Positions 25,171 to 38,367 of a DNA stretch of 64,000 bases are shown piece after piece. The translations under genes were made by a program, and so were the position numbers. The stretch's first letter is position 1. Each line of letters opens with the position of its first letter. The stretch spans positions 1 to 64,000 of the forward strand of contig NW_021836294.1 of assembly GCF_006345805.1 (NCBI RefSeq), given 5' to 3'. The notes beneath the pieces were generated by a model that saw only the letters and a program-made list of their open reading frames with translations, searched no databases and was not told where the DNA came from. The stretch is from Octopus sinensis (Eukaryota).

Positions 25171-25627
25171 AGCTGTCCATTAAAACTGATCGTTGTTGTT
25201 GTTGTTTAACCCCGAGATACCTCTGGACGAACATTTATATGAACGAAGGTGTTCCAACTGCGACAAATTCTATTTTTGTTTTTTTTTCCATTAAAACCAA
25301 TTTCTTTCGACTCAATAAACACCTATTGCTACATTGTCAAAAATGTTGTCTCTTAGAGAGAAATTTTGCTGCTCTTTCTAGCGGATCGAGCGACCGTGTA
25401 AAGGCATCCGCCATACCATGTCCAAAAAATTAGTTGGTTTGATCAGATTGACTAACTCTAATTAATAATTGTTTGCTTAGAACAGATACGCATCAACTGG
25501 TCGCTCAATCTATTCAATCAGGGAGAACAATCGTTATTTGAACATTGGGTTATTTTTGTTCCAAGAACCGATAAAAAAAAATATCCTACAGATGACGCTA
25601 GCTATGTCCATGGGTTCTACACACGCA

Positions 25628-25690
<63 letters not shown>

Positions 25691-25771
25691 CTCATGGCAT
25701 TATCATTGTTTTATTCCGAATCATTGTTTGTCTTTCATTTTGCTATAATAACGGTGTAAAGTCAATTTGAG

Positions 25772-25806
<35 letters not shown>

Positions 25807-25991
25807 GAGAGGTTGAGTAAGAGAGAAGGCAGAGGGAATGTGACAGGATATTTATTTAGAGTTTTTTCTCAAGAGCTGTGCGTTGTATAAATCAGACCAT
25901 TTAACTAATCTCCTACCAAACAACACCGTCGTTTCTCTGTTGCTATTTGTTCTTTGGATGTATATAGCTGGTATATCATATACTCTAAGCG

Positions 25992-26047
<56 letters not shown>

Positions 26048-26050
<3 letters not shown>

Positions 26051-26430
26051 CCCGGCGTTGCTCGGGTTTTGTTTTCTTTTCGATCCTTTAGAATTGGAAT
26101 TTTTGAAAAGTAAAAATTTTGCAATATTCTTTGTTATTTGTTATTCTCTTTAAGTGAACATTTTTCTGGTTGAAATACACCGAAAAATGGCGACACAGCA
26201 GTCAAAAATTCGTAAAAAAATAGGTATTTTTATAGAAAAAAAAGCACCTTTTTGATGTAAATAATTTTTGGTCCGATTTGAAGTTTTTCTTCTAAGAAAA
26301 GAAGAGCAAGCCGCCTTCTATCATACTCTCAATTTTGGTCAACTTGCGCCGCAGGGTCTCGGAGGAGACAGTGTTAGTTGAAGGCTATCAAACCTGAAAT
26401 ACACAGACAACTTCAGCTTTATATATATAT
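26048..26430 (-). mobile_element. Non-autonomous Helitron (internal type II) in (TA)n
   Basis: CCCGGCGTTGCTCGGG terminal hairpin; internal sequence matches 37719-38110. Confidence 0.8.
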
Positions 26431-26460
26431 ATATATATATATATATGTTTATATATATAT

Positions 26461-26605
26461 ATTTCACTGATACTTAATTTATCGACACCGAAAGGATGAA
26501 AGGCAAAGTCGACCTCGGCGGAATTTGAACTCAGAACGTTGCGGCAGAGGATATACTGTTAAGCATTTCGCCCGGAGTGCAAACGGTTCTGCCAGCTGGC
26601 AGCCT
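26461..26605 (-). mobile_element. SINE-A 5' part
   Basis: Head and body without tail. Confidence 0.75.
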
Positions 26606-26749
26606 TTATGTATATCAATTCCGATCACGAATAGCCAACGAGAGAAAAGAAACTCTACTCCGCATGGAATTAGATGGTCGGTTCCAGCGTGAAACTAACA
26701 ACTTAAAAGGCCAGGAAGCTTCATGGAGGCGGCACAGCAAGGGTAACCT

Positions 26750-27360
26750 AAAATGAAGACTGAAAGCTTAATCATCGCTGCCTAGGATCAGGCATTATTA
26801 ACAAATCAGTGAAAAGAGATAGATATACCACACAAGTGCAACGAACCTCTGCAGAATGTATTGGAAGAGGGTCGAAAGCGTGACTCACATTGCCAGTGCT
26901 TGTGAAAGTCTTGTGCAATAAGAGTACACGTACAGACACAACAAGGTACCCCAAAACCTTCACTTGTAACGGGTGCATGGTACCAACATGCACCATAAAA
27001 GGTAATGGACGAAAAGAAGATGGCAAAATCCTTTGGAACTTTGACTTCGAGACAGACAAGGTGCTAGAACATCGAAGGCTGAGTATAGTAACCTTTAGGA
27101 GGGACAAACAAGTGTACCTAATAATCGACATGGTTGTACCAGGAGATCAATGTATTATCATGAAAGAAAGAGAAAAGGTTGATATATATGGAGACCCGAG
27201 AAATGAGATCGCTAAGATGTGGCAACTACGAGAGTAAAACTATGTTTGTCCCTATTGTCGTATAGTTCAATACCACCCAATTTGAGAAATATCTGAATAC
27301 CTTAGAAATACGCTACAATCTAGATTTATTGAAAAACTCGGCATTACTTGGAACTGCATT
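26750..27360 (+). pseudogene. R4/Dong-like non-LTR retrotransposon C-terminus (CCHC finger plus restriction-like endonuclease)
   Basis: Across frameshifts and stops: TESLIIAA*DQALLTN; CRMYW..ESVTHIASACESL..EY..RHNKV; KILWNF..TDKVLEHRR..IV..YLIIDMVVPGD..KEREKV..Y; SALLGTA. Confidence 0.8.
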
Positions 27361-27559
27361 AGATGTCTTTTACTACAGCCAGGGCGGTTGATTGCCTTGT
27401 GAATGAATTTAGTAGACGGAAGATGTGTGGGATCCCGTAGCACATAAATGTGTATGTGTGTGCGCGCGTGTGTCTGTGTGTCCATAATAATTGGTGCACT
27501 TGGTTTGTGAGTAGCTACTGAAGTGACAGTCTGGATAAGCTAGGGTCTTTTTTTATTAT

Positions 27560-27915
27560 TCTTTTTACTTGTTTCAGTCATTTGACTGTGGCCATGCTGG
27601 AGCACCGCCTTTAGTCGAGCAAATCGACCCCAGGACTTATTCTTTGTAAGCCTAGTACTTATTCTATCAGTCTCTTTTGCCGAACCGCTAAGTTACTGGA
27701 ACGTGAACCACGCGCATCGGTTATCAAGTGATATTGGGGTGACAAACACAGACACACAAACGTATACACACACACATACATACATACATATTTACGACAG
27801 GCTTCTTTTAGTTTCCGTCAACCAAATCCACTGACAAGGCTTTGGTCGGCTCGAGGCTATAGAAGACACTTGCTCAAGGTGCCACGCAGTGGGACTGAAC
27901 CCAGAACCACGTGGT
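27560..27915 (-). mobile_element. SINE-B, 5' end clipped
   Basis: Tail, internal microsatellite and core match. Confidence 0.85.
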
Positions 27916-28085
27916 CTTCAAGAAAAAACCCCATCAACCAGCTAATTCACATATTACAAATATAAACTGTTAGTGGAACAGTAAAAATATGCAAGCGTTT
28001 TCTCAAGCTTAGGGCCTCCCTTTGCTTGGGATGAAGGTTTGTATCTTTGTTAGAAATTGATTCCATTACAGCAAAACATTAAATA

Positions 28086-28608
28086 ACCGTAAATCCTCGA
28101 CTATAGTCCGCCCTTGAGTATAATACGCAGGGGATTTTTAGGGGGCTGTACCTCTGAAAACTCTAAACCTTTTGGATAATACGCACCCCTTCTCTAACAT
28201 GAGTCGTGCGTAATTAAGCCAGCAGCTCCTAGTCGAACAAACACTTCCGTGCATGCGTAATACAATAATGGTGATGTTCTTAACTGCTATATGGGAGTGT
28301 AAATATGTTTGCAAATTGTTTTTTTTACATGTTATTCTGTTTTCTGAATACTTTTATTTTAATAAATGTTGTTTACTGCAAGTTATGGATGATTCTTTTA
28401 TGATTTCATTGCTTTCAGGCTTAGCTTAAGGTATTTTCGCGCCCGACATCATAAAATGCATCTGAATAAACATTGCCGGGCAGCAAATAGAGACTCGGAC
28501 ATTGCTTAGAAAATATTTTTCATTTTTAACCTCGTATATAGTACGCACTTGGGATTTTGACCTTTAAATTTTAGGGGGAAATGCGGATTATACTCGAGGA
28601 TTTACAGT
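28086..28608. mobile_element. Tc1/mariner-superfamily (pogo/Tc2-like) MITE
   Basis: TIRs ACCGTAAATCCTCGACTATAGTCCGC / GCGGATTATACTCGAGGATTTACAGT flanked by TA at 28084-28085 and 28609-28610; subterminal ATAATACGCA repeats. Confidence 0.75.
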
Positions 28609-28639
28609 TAACAGAGAAGTCACATACTTACATAAATGT

Positions 28640-29830
28640 ATACATACATACAGACTTGCATGTATACAAACATACACTCACTCACACACACACATACATA
28701 CATATATGTATTCATACATACACTTAGCAGCGTAGCCACAATGCATTTGTATATTTCCGTTCACGTGGACAAAAACATACGCGCGCGCGAGCATACATAC
28801 CTACACACACAAGAAAGTGGCATACACATATATGTGAGTACGTATATACATAGAAACAGTCACACACACAAGCACACACACATATGAAAGTGTACATACC
28901 TAGATGCAAATATTCACACACACACACATACCTGCATACATACATACACAAGAAACTGGCATACACACACACACACATATATGTGAATGAGTACATAGAT
29001 AGACGCAAACAGTCACAGACACACAAACCCATACAGACGCGCACACACATACCTACACACAAAAGAAAATGGCACACACACATATGTGAGTGCGTACATA
29101 CATAGATACAAACATTCACACACGCACACATACATACATACAGAAGAAAATGGCACACACACACACATATGTATATGTGAATGAATATATACATAGACGC
29201 AGTCACAGACATACAAACACATACAAACGTACACATACCTACACACAAGAAAATGACACACACACACATATATGTGAGTGCGTACATACATAGATGCAAA
29301 CATTCACACACACACAGACACACAGTCACACTTACACACACAAAGTGGAATACACACATGTAAGTGCATACATGCATAGATGCAATGAGTCTCACTCTGT
29401 CTCACACACACACACACACACACACAAGAATATGGCACACACACACAAGAATATGGCACACACACACACACGCACACACGAAGAAAATAGCACACACACA
29501 CACACAAGAAAATGGCACACACACACAAAGAAAATGGCACACGCACACACAAGAAAATGACACACACACGAAGAAAATGGCACACATACACACACAAGAA
29601 AATGGCACACACACACACAAAAAAATGTCACACACACACACACACACACACACACAAGAAAATGGCACACACCCACACACAAGAAAATGGCACTCACACA
29701 CACACACACTGGCACACACACAAAGAAAATGACACACACACACACACAAGAAAATGGCACACATACACACACCACACACACAAGAAAATGGCACACACAC
29801 ACACACACACACGTGAGTGCGTACATACAT
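28640..29830. repeat. (CA)n-derived minisatellite with ACACAAGAAAATGGCACAC motif
   Basis: Direct inspection. Confidence 0.9.
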
Positions 29831-30094
29831 AGAAACACACACACACACACAACACATGCATAACGCATTCTACAACCATATACATTACGCTGCGTTGCAG
29901 GAAATGGACATAAAGAGGTAATTAAAACAGCAGCATCACCACCATCAGCATCATCACCCCCACCACCACCACCACCACCATTGCCGACGACAACACAGCA
30001 CATTTACGACAATTAAAGCTACCATCCTTACCCTACCCCACCACCACTACGTCTACTGTTGCTGCTACTACTACTACTACTAGTAACACAATTA

Positions 30095-31328
30095 TGGTAA
30101 TAATCCTTTCTACTGGAGACACAAGGCCCCTAATTTGTAGAGAAGGGATGAGTAGATTACATCGGCCCCAGTGTTTCACTGGTACTTATTTTATCGACCC
30201 CCGAAAGGATGAAAGACGAAGTCGACCTTGGCGGAATTTGAACTCAGAACGTAAAGAGCCGCAAGAAATACTCCTGAGTATAACATTGTCTGACCGTCTG
30301 ACAATTCTGCCAGCTCGCTGCCTAAAGAAGAACAATAGCAATCCTTTCTACTAAAAGCTGAAGGCCTTGAAATTTGGCGGGAGGGGACAAGTCGATTACA
30401 TCGACCCCAGTGCGTAACTGGTACTTAATTTATCGACCCCCGAAAAAGATGAAAGGCAATGTCGACCTCGGTGGAATTTTAACCCAGAACGTAGCGGTAG
30501 CTAAACATTTCGCCCGGCGTGCTAACGATTCTGCCAGCAACAACAAGAAGAACAATACTCCTTTCTACTATAGGCACAAGGCCTGAAATTTTGGGGGAGG
30601 TGATAAGTCGATTACATTGACCCCATTGCGTAACTGGTACATAATTTATCAACACTAAAAGGATGAAAGGCAAAGTCGACTTCGGCGGAATTTGAACTCA
30701 GAACGTAGCGGCAGACGAAATACCTATTTCTTTACTAACCCTAACCAACAAGGGGCTAAACACAGAAGGGACAAACAAGGGCAGACAACGGATTAAGTCG
30801 ATTCTATCGCCCCCCAGTGCGTAACTGGTACTATTTAATTATCGACCCCGAAAGGATGAAAGGCAAAGTCGACCTCGACGGAATTTGAACTCAGAACGTA
30901 GCGGCAGACAAATACCTATTTCTTTACTAACCACAAGGGGCTAACACAGAAGGGACCACAAGGGCAGACAAACGGATTATCGATTCTAATCGACCCCAGT
31001 GCGTAACTGGTACTTATTTAATCGACCCCGAAAGGATGAAAGGCAAGTCGACCTCGACGGAATTTGAACTCAGACGTAGCGGCAGACGAAATACCTATTT
31101 CTTTACTAACCACAAGGGGCTAAACACAGAAGGGACAAACAAGGGCAGACAAACGGATTAAGTCGATTCTATCGACCCCAGTGCGTAACTGGTACTTATT
31201 TAATCGACCCCGAAAGGATGAAAGGCAAAGTCGACCTCGACGGAATTTGAAATCAGAACGTAGCGGCAGACGAAATACGGCTACGCATTTCGCCCGTCGT
31301 GCTAACGATTCTGCCTGCTCGCCGCCTT
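30095..31328 (-). mobile_element. Cluster of six co-oriented SINE-A units (one head + 3 tail-2 units + 1 tail-1 unit, plus two tail-1 copies)
   Basis: Standard junctions at ~30718, ~30910, ~31089; tail-1 ends at ~30100, ~30345, ~30560. Confidence 0.85.
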
Positions 31329-31707
31329 AGCAACAACAACTGCAATAAAAACAACAACAATAACAACAACAGCTTACAGCACTGCTAACACCACCGCAAT
31401 AATAGTAACAGAGGCAAGATAAAACATCTGCTGACTCGATAAGAGAAAGAAGGAAAATCCAAAAGATTGAAATATGTGTTAAAAGTATTGGGTTACAGTT
31501 GTTTTGTAACAGGAAGTAGTTTACAATATGCCGGACATTGTAGCAGTAGTGGGGTTGGCGTATAAAGTCACAGGTAACAAATGAAGAGACAATCACGGTT
31601 TCGAATTCCGATGTATATGCTATATCCCAAACGTTTTTATTTAATCTGTTGTTGGCTGGTTTACGGTGAAAGATGGCTCAGTTCTTGTGTAGGGTGTATA
31701 TTGTAAC

Positions 31708-32222
31708 GATGACGGTATAGGATGACGGTGTAAGACGACGGTAGAGGATGACGGTGTAAGACGACGGTAGAGGATGACGGTGTAAGACGACGGTATAGGA
31801 TGACGGTGTAAGACGACGGTAGAGGATGACGGTGTAAGACGACGGTAGAGGATGACGGTGTAAGACGACGGTAGAGGATGACGGTGTAAGACGACGGTAG
31901 AGGATGACGGTGTAAGACGACGGTAGATATGACGGTGTAAGACGACGGTAGAGGATGACGGTGTAAGACGACGGTAGATGATGACGGTGTAAGACGACGG
32001 TAGAGGATGACGGTGTAAGACGACGGTAGAGGATGACGGTGTAAGACGACGGTAGAGGATGACGGTGTAAGACGACGGTAGAGGATGACGGTGTAAGACG
32101 ACGGTAGAGGATGACGGTGTAAGACGACGGTAGAGGATGACGGTGTAAGACGACGGTATAGGATGACGGTGTAAGACGACGGTATAGGATGACGGTATAC
32201 GATGACAGGGTAAGACGACGGT
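31708..32222. repeat. 26-bp minisatellite GATGACGGTGTAA-GACGACGGTAGAG (two 13-mers), ~20 copies
   Basis: Direct inspection. Confidence 0.95.
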
Positions 32223-32254
32223 GTATAGTACATGTTTCTCATCGTAACAATGAC

Positions 32255-33022
32255 CGTATAAAATGACTGTATAAGACGGTCGTATAAGGTATATATTACT
32301 CAAACGCTTTTACTTAAGGTGGTTTTATTGGCTGGTTTGCGGTGAAAGATGGTTCAGTTCATGTAACTCGTGTATAAGGTGGATATTGTAACCATGATGG
32401 TATCGAGCGAGCAAACTAGTGACAATAGAAGAGCACTGGAATTTGTCTCTTTGGTTGAGAGCGTGAAACACGCATGCACTACGAATTGGACCTTATCCAT
32501 CAAGTGAAGCAACGGGTGATGGTATCATGAGAGTATCCCATCTGCTAAAACCTGTTCCCCGGTGGATTAGTGCGAATTAATGAGGAACTCGTTGAGTCTG
32601 TTCTTTTAGAACTGAACAGTTCGACCGGAAAGCTAAGAGCAATATCGAATTTCTCCATCTTGAAACATGGAAACCATTTTTACGCATTTCTTTCAGTAAC
32701 ACCATCTTCTCCGTACACAACACGGATACCTCGATCGCTTTCGGTATCTTTGGAATTTCGATGGAAAGCAAGGAGACGCAGGCGTAGTAAATGATTAATT
32801 TTTCTTTTTATTTAGCTTTCTATCAAAATTTATTTGAAAGTGATAAAATTTATTCAAATTTCAAAAGCGATAAAAAGTTGTAGAGAAAGAATAGGGCTAC
32901 AAAAAAATAAAATAAAATAAAATAAAATAAAAATAAGCATGAAACTTTAACATAAGAGTAATTTTAGTATTAATTCGAATAACATTTGAAAGAAACGGAC
33001 GAATTTATCTGATGCCCCCCAC
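32255..33022 (-). pseudogene. Mariner transposase relic (N-terminal HTH to the first catalytic D region)
   Basis: Minus strand across stops/frameshifts: HLLRLRLLAFHRNSKDTESDRGIRVVYGEDGVTERNA*KWF..F..FDI; VFHALNQRDK..SIVTSLLAR; IVT-DEK near 32245; degraded TIR near 33000-33022. Confidence 0.75.
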
Positions 33023-33039
33023 CCCGTGTATTGATTTCA

Positions 33040-33640
33040 AATATTGGCATAAGGACAGTAATTACGGGGGAAGTGGGTGAAATCGGTTACAACGACCCCA
33101 ATAATCAACTGGTACTTACTTTATCGTTCCTGAAAGGGTGAAGAATAAAGTCGACCTCGGGGGAATTTGAACTCAGAACAAAAGTGGGCGAAATTGCGTT
33201 ATGCATTAATGGCCGACGTGCTAACGATTCTTATTTCTTTATTGCCCACGAGGGGCTAAACATAGAGGGGACAAACAAAGACAGACAAATGGATTAAGTC
33301 GATTATATCGACCCCAGTGTGTAACTGGTACTTATTTAATCGACCCCGAAAGGATGAAAGGCAAAGTTGACCTCAGCGGAATTTGAACTCAGAACGTAGC
33401 GACAGACGAAATACCTATTTCTTTATTACCCACAAGGGGCTAAACATAGAGGGGACAAACAAGGACAGACAAACGGATTAAGTCGATTATATCGACCCCA
33501 GTGTGTAACTGGTACTTAATTTATCGACCCCGAAAGGATGAAAGGCAAAGTCGACCTCGGCGGAATTTGAACTCAGAACGTAACGATAGACGAAATACCG
33601 CTAAGGATTTCGCCCAGCGTGCTAACGTTTCTGCAAGCTT
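33040..33640 (-). mobile_element. SINE-A dimer (33231-33640) abutting an older tail-1 copy
   Basis: Standard junction at ~33410. Confidence 0.85.
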
Positions 33641-34294
33641 GTCGTCTTCACGGCCGCAAATATCAATCATGAAATTTAAGCTGGACAAGCTGAAAATCAA
33701 TCAGCACGTTCATACTGAAATACAATATATACATATTTTTGGCCCTTTTTCTAATTATGCCTCGGGAAAATAAATATATATATGTACATGTACACACACA
33801 TCCCTGGCCCTTACCAGCTGAAGAGAGGCTCAGAGAGTTAGTGGCAGTTGTTGGGAACAAAGTCTTTGATATTCAATCGCAACCAAAGTAAATACAAACA
33901 CGATGAAAACCGTAAACAAAGCCTCAATGTCTTACATTTCTAAACAATAAATCCCGGAGGGTTACATTCTTGAAATATGAATGCTGATGATGTCTGGCTT
34001 AAAATCTAAAACACAGAGCTTGTTCATCGTAGTCAGCTGCACTAGGAATGTATTTTCATAAATATATATGCATGCATGTATGTATATATGTATGGAATAG
34101 ATTTATATACGCATGCGTGCATGTGCATTATATTGGTGAGTATGATATATATATGTGTGTGTGCGTGTGTGTGTGTATGGATGTATAGATGAATGAATGT
34201 ATACACATACACACGCACGTACATAATATATATATCTATGTATATATATATATCTATAATTGTTTATGTGACCATATATATAGGGAGAATTCAC

Positions 34295-34420
34295 AAAAAA
34301 AACAACAAAAGATGAAGACAGGCGGTGTAGACAACAAACAGATGTATTAGTATAACGCTCGGGAAGTGAAAAAAGTCTTTAAAGTTTCGAGCCTACGCTC
34401 TTCCACAGAAAGGAACACAG
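34295..34420 (-). mobile_element. Hammerhead-like element, third and degenerate variant
   Basis: 34377-34412 reverse complement: CTTT CTGTGGA A GAGC GTAG GCTC GAAACTTT AAAG. Confidence 0.45.
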
Positions 34421-35397
34421 TTTAGAAAGTATTAAAAGAAGTTGAGATGTATGTATAAATGGGTAGCAAAGATGTACAAGTGTCAATTCATTACGGCCGT
34501 TTGAAGCGACACCTTTGAATAATGAAAACATTACATCATTGCAAAGATACCGTTTTCGTCAATGACCGCATAGACTTCAAGCACACAGGAGAAACAAACT
34601 GCTTTAACATATTCACATGTGTGTGTATGTATGTATGTATGCATATATAGGTATATATATCTATGATTGTGTATGTATGTATAACTGTGCGTGTGTGTGT
34701 TAGTTTCTTTATAGAAAATATTTACTGCTAAAACGTTATCTCGTACCATCCTCAAAGAACATAAAATTCTTTATGATGACAACTGTGCCGTATGTTATAT
34801 AATTTCGAAACTTAATTCATAAGGGACCTCAATATAAATATTTAATATCTACTTAGTTGCAATGAAGCCTTGAATTATATAATATAGTATATATGCAGGA
34901 AATACATACATTGTTTATAATTTAAATTTATATATAAATTGTATAAACAAGAGGCACCTAGTTGATCGCCTCGTGTTTTATATATTTAATCTAAGGTGTT
35001 CCTGTTGAGGAAGATTTCACCTAGCGAGTAAATATTATTTATTTGCTAAACTAAAATCAGAAGCCAATTGGTCCAGGAAACTAGATGGTAAAATGTTTTT
35101 ATTTTTTCATTTCGTTCCTGTCGAATTTTATCCCTAATATTGTGGTTATAGAACCTAGCTGTTCTTTCTAGCGTGTTGAATCACACGAGTGGATTCCTTA
35201 TGTGTTTGAATGTATACTGTATATATACCTAATGTAGGATAAAAATTTTTCGAAAAAAATGTTATCAATGGCCAGCATATCAAAAAATACCTTTAAAGGT
35301 TAAATTTATAAATAACTTATAAAATAATATAATATATATAAAATAAAATAACTTGTAAAATAAAATAAAAAATATATATATATATATATATATATAT

Positions 35398-35640
35398 GAC
35401 AGGCTTCTTTCAGTTTCCGTCTACCAAATCCACTCACAAGGCTTTGGTCGTTCCGAGGTTATAGAGAGCATGTGGTTGGGAAGCAAGCTTCTTACCACAC
35501 AGCCAGTTCTACACACACACACACACGACGAGCTTCTTTCAGCTTCCATCAAACTAATCCACTCACAAGGTTTAGGTCGGCCCGAGATTATAGTAGGAAA
35601 CATTTGCCTAGGGTGCGAACCAGAAACGTGTAACTGGGAA
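35398..35640 (-). mobile_element. Two SINE-B 5' fragments
   Basis: CTTCTTTCAGTTTCCGTCTACCAAATCCACTCACAAGG repeated. Confidence 0.7.
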
Positions 35641-35934
35641 GTAAAGTAGAACGAACAACATTATCTGACAACCCAATACAAAATGTCGGCTTTCTTTGTG
35701 TTTTAACATTACCGTTGTAGAGTTTTTGTGAGTTCGTTTTGTTTTGTTTTATCTTTTTTTCTTCCACTGGTCCACGCTTCTATTTAGACAGCAGAGACTG
35801 TTTGCTGTAAGCAAAATATCACTTCGATTGAGGAAAGGTAGAGAGAGAGAAATATTTTTTAATTCATGCTGGGCTAATGTGCGTAAAATATGTATGAACA
35901 GAGGCAAGCAAATATAGAAGACCGTGTCTATCTA

Positions 35935-35975
<41 letters not shown>

Positions 35976-36339
35976 GTGTGTGTGTATGTGTGTGTGTGTG
36001 TATGTGTGTGTGTGTGTATGTGTGTGTGTAGGAGTGGAAGGAGATACAGGGAGGGGTGGGGAGAGAGAGAATGATGGAATTCCGTTCGTTTATTGTTGAC
36101 TACTAAAATATTTTCCCACAAAAGACTTTAATAGATTATATCCGGTATTTTCGGTATATGTGTGTGTATGTCTGTGTATGTGTGTGCGTGCGTGCATTCG
36201 TAAGTATCTATGTGTATACGTGTGTACGTGTATGTTTGTGCGTAGTGTAATTGTATAAATGCATGTGTATGCGTGCATGTAGGTATGTATGTACCGCTCA
36301 TTCCCTCTCTCTCCTCTATACACACACACGTCTTTCTAA

Positions 36340-37035
36340 TCTATTTATATAGATATGTATGTCTCTATCTATCTATCTGTCTATCTCTGTTTCTGTCTCT
36401 CCCTCCCGCCTTCTCTGTCTCTCTCGTACTCTCTCTCTCACTCTCTAGCTGTCTATCTCGCTGTCTCTGTTTCTTTCTCTCCCTCCCTCCTTCCCTCCCT
36501 CTTTCTGTCTGTCTGTCTGTCTCTCTCGTACTCTCTCTCTCTCTCCAGCTATTTATCTCGCTATCTCTATTTCTGTCTCTCCCTCCCTCCTTTCCTCTCT
36601 CTTTCTCCGTCTCTCCCCCTCTCTCTCCAGCTATCTATTTATTTATCTATCTCTGTCTCTCCCTCCTTCTCTGTCTGTCTGTCTCTCTCTCTCGTATTCT
36701 CTCTCCAGCTGTCTATCTATCTCGCTGTCTCTGTTTCTTTCTCTCCCTCCCTCCTTCCCTCCCTCGTTCTCTATCTGTCTGTCTCTCCCTCCCTCCTTTC
36801 CTCTCTCTTTCTCCGTCTCTCCCCCTCTCTCTCTCCAGCTATCTATCTATCTATCTATCTATTTCTGTTTCTGTCTCTCCCTCCTTCTCTGTCTGTCTCT
36901 CTCTCTCTCTACTCTCTCTCTCTCTCTCCTGCTGCTATTTATCTCGCTGTCTCTGTTTCTGTCTCTCCCTCCCTCTTTTCCTATCTCTTTCTCCGCTCCT
37001 CTCTCTCTCTCTCTCCAGCTATCTATCTATCTACC
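36340..37035. repeat. (CT)/(CTAT)-rich minisatellite with longer-period internal repeats
   Basis: CTCTCCAGCTATCTATC... blocks recur; source of the S/L-rich ORFs. Confidence 0.9.
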
Positions 37036-37570
37036 TATCAACAACATCGGTGAACTGAACTTTTGATGAAAATTGCTCCGTTGACAATACTTCAATGTGC
37101 CACACTTGATCGTACTGTATGCGTGTGTACATGGAGGGTGTGTGCATGCGTGTGTGTGTGTGTGTGTGTTCGTGCATATGTGTGTATGTGTGCGAGTGTG
37201 CGTACATGCATGTACATACTCATGTGTATGTCTATTAAAGACTAAACAGGTTTCACCGTATAATTCTAAACTGTCAGCCCCTAAAACTATGGTGACACAC
37301 ACATATAGACTTAAATCCCTACCTTACGACTCGTCAAAAATGTCTGCCTATCTTCTTGACTGCATACGTGCCTACCTTCATCCACCCATCCATGCATACA
37401 TATTTATATACATACATGTATCCTTATGTGTGTGTGTGTGCGCAAATGTATGTCTGGAATTCACAAAATTCTTTATTAAACTCAACGATCGTTTCCATCA
37501 ACGATACTACGCAATTGATTATGATGCCTTCTTCGGTACAGATGTCCCTCGTCAGGTAACATTTCAAAAG

Positions 37571-37686
37571 TGACCGATAGAATAAGTACTAGGCTTACAA
37601 AGAATAAGTCCTTGGGTCGATTTGTTCGACTAAAGGCGGTGCTCCAGCATGACTACAGTAAAATAAATGAAATAAGTAAAAGAGTG
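37571..37686 (+). mobile_element. SINE-B tail fragment
   Basis: GACCGATAGAATAAGTACTAGGCTTAC...GGCGGTGCTCCAGCATG. Confidence 0.75.
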
Positions 37687-37718
37687 AAAGAACATGTCTG
37701 TCTGTCTGTGTGTATATA

Positions 37719-38110
37719 TCTCTCTATATATAAAGCTAAAGTTGTCTGTGTATGGCAGGTTTGGTAGCCTTCAACTAACACTATTTCCTCCGAGACCCTG
37801 CGGCGTAAGTTGACCAAAATTGAGAGTATGATAGAAGAAGGCTTGCTCTTCATTCCGTAGAAGATAAAATTCAAATCAGACCATGTTAACACCAAAAATT
37901 ATTCACCTCAAAAAGGTGCTTTTTTCTATGAAAATCCCTATTTTTTACGATTTTTTTTACTGCTGTGTTGCCATTTTTCTGTGTATTTCAACCAGAAAAA
38001 TGTTCACTTAAAGAGAATAACAAGCTAGATAATGCAAAATTTTTACTTTTCGAAAATTCCAATTCTAAAGGGTCGAAACAAACCCGAGCAAAGCCGGGCG
38101 ATACTGCTAG
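37719..38110 (+). mobile_element. Non-autonomous Helitron (type II)
   Basis: A|TCTCTCTATATATAAAGC start; CCCGAGCAAAGCCGGGCGATACTGCTAG end. Confidence 0.85.
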
Positions 38111-38153
<43 letters not shown>

Positions 38154-38331
38154 ATATAATATATATATATATATATAAGTGCCAGCGCACGAAACTCTCA
38201 GCCCTTGAGTCTCTCTGTTACTCCTGCTAAATATTAATAAAAATATCCATATACTCATATTTTGACTTCAATTTTTCCTGTTTGCATTACAATGCGCGCG
38301 CGCGCGCACATAAACACACACACACACACAT

Positions 38332-38367
<36 letters not shown>

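Noticed and set aside
37528-37556. Minus-strand CTGACGA-GGGACATCTGTACC-GAAG motif
   Set aside because: GAAA core and stem III are broken; at best a dead relic, as is 40818-40856.
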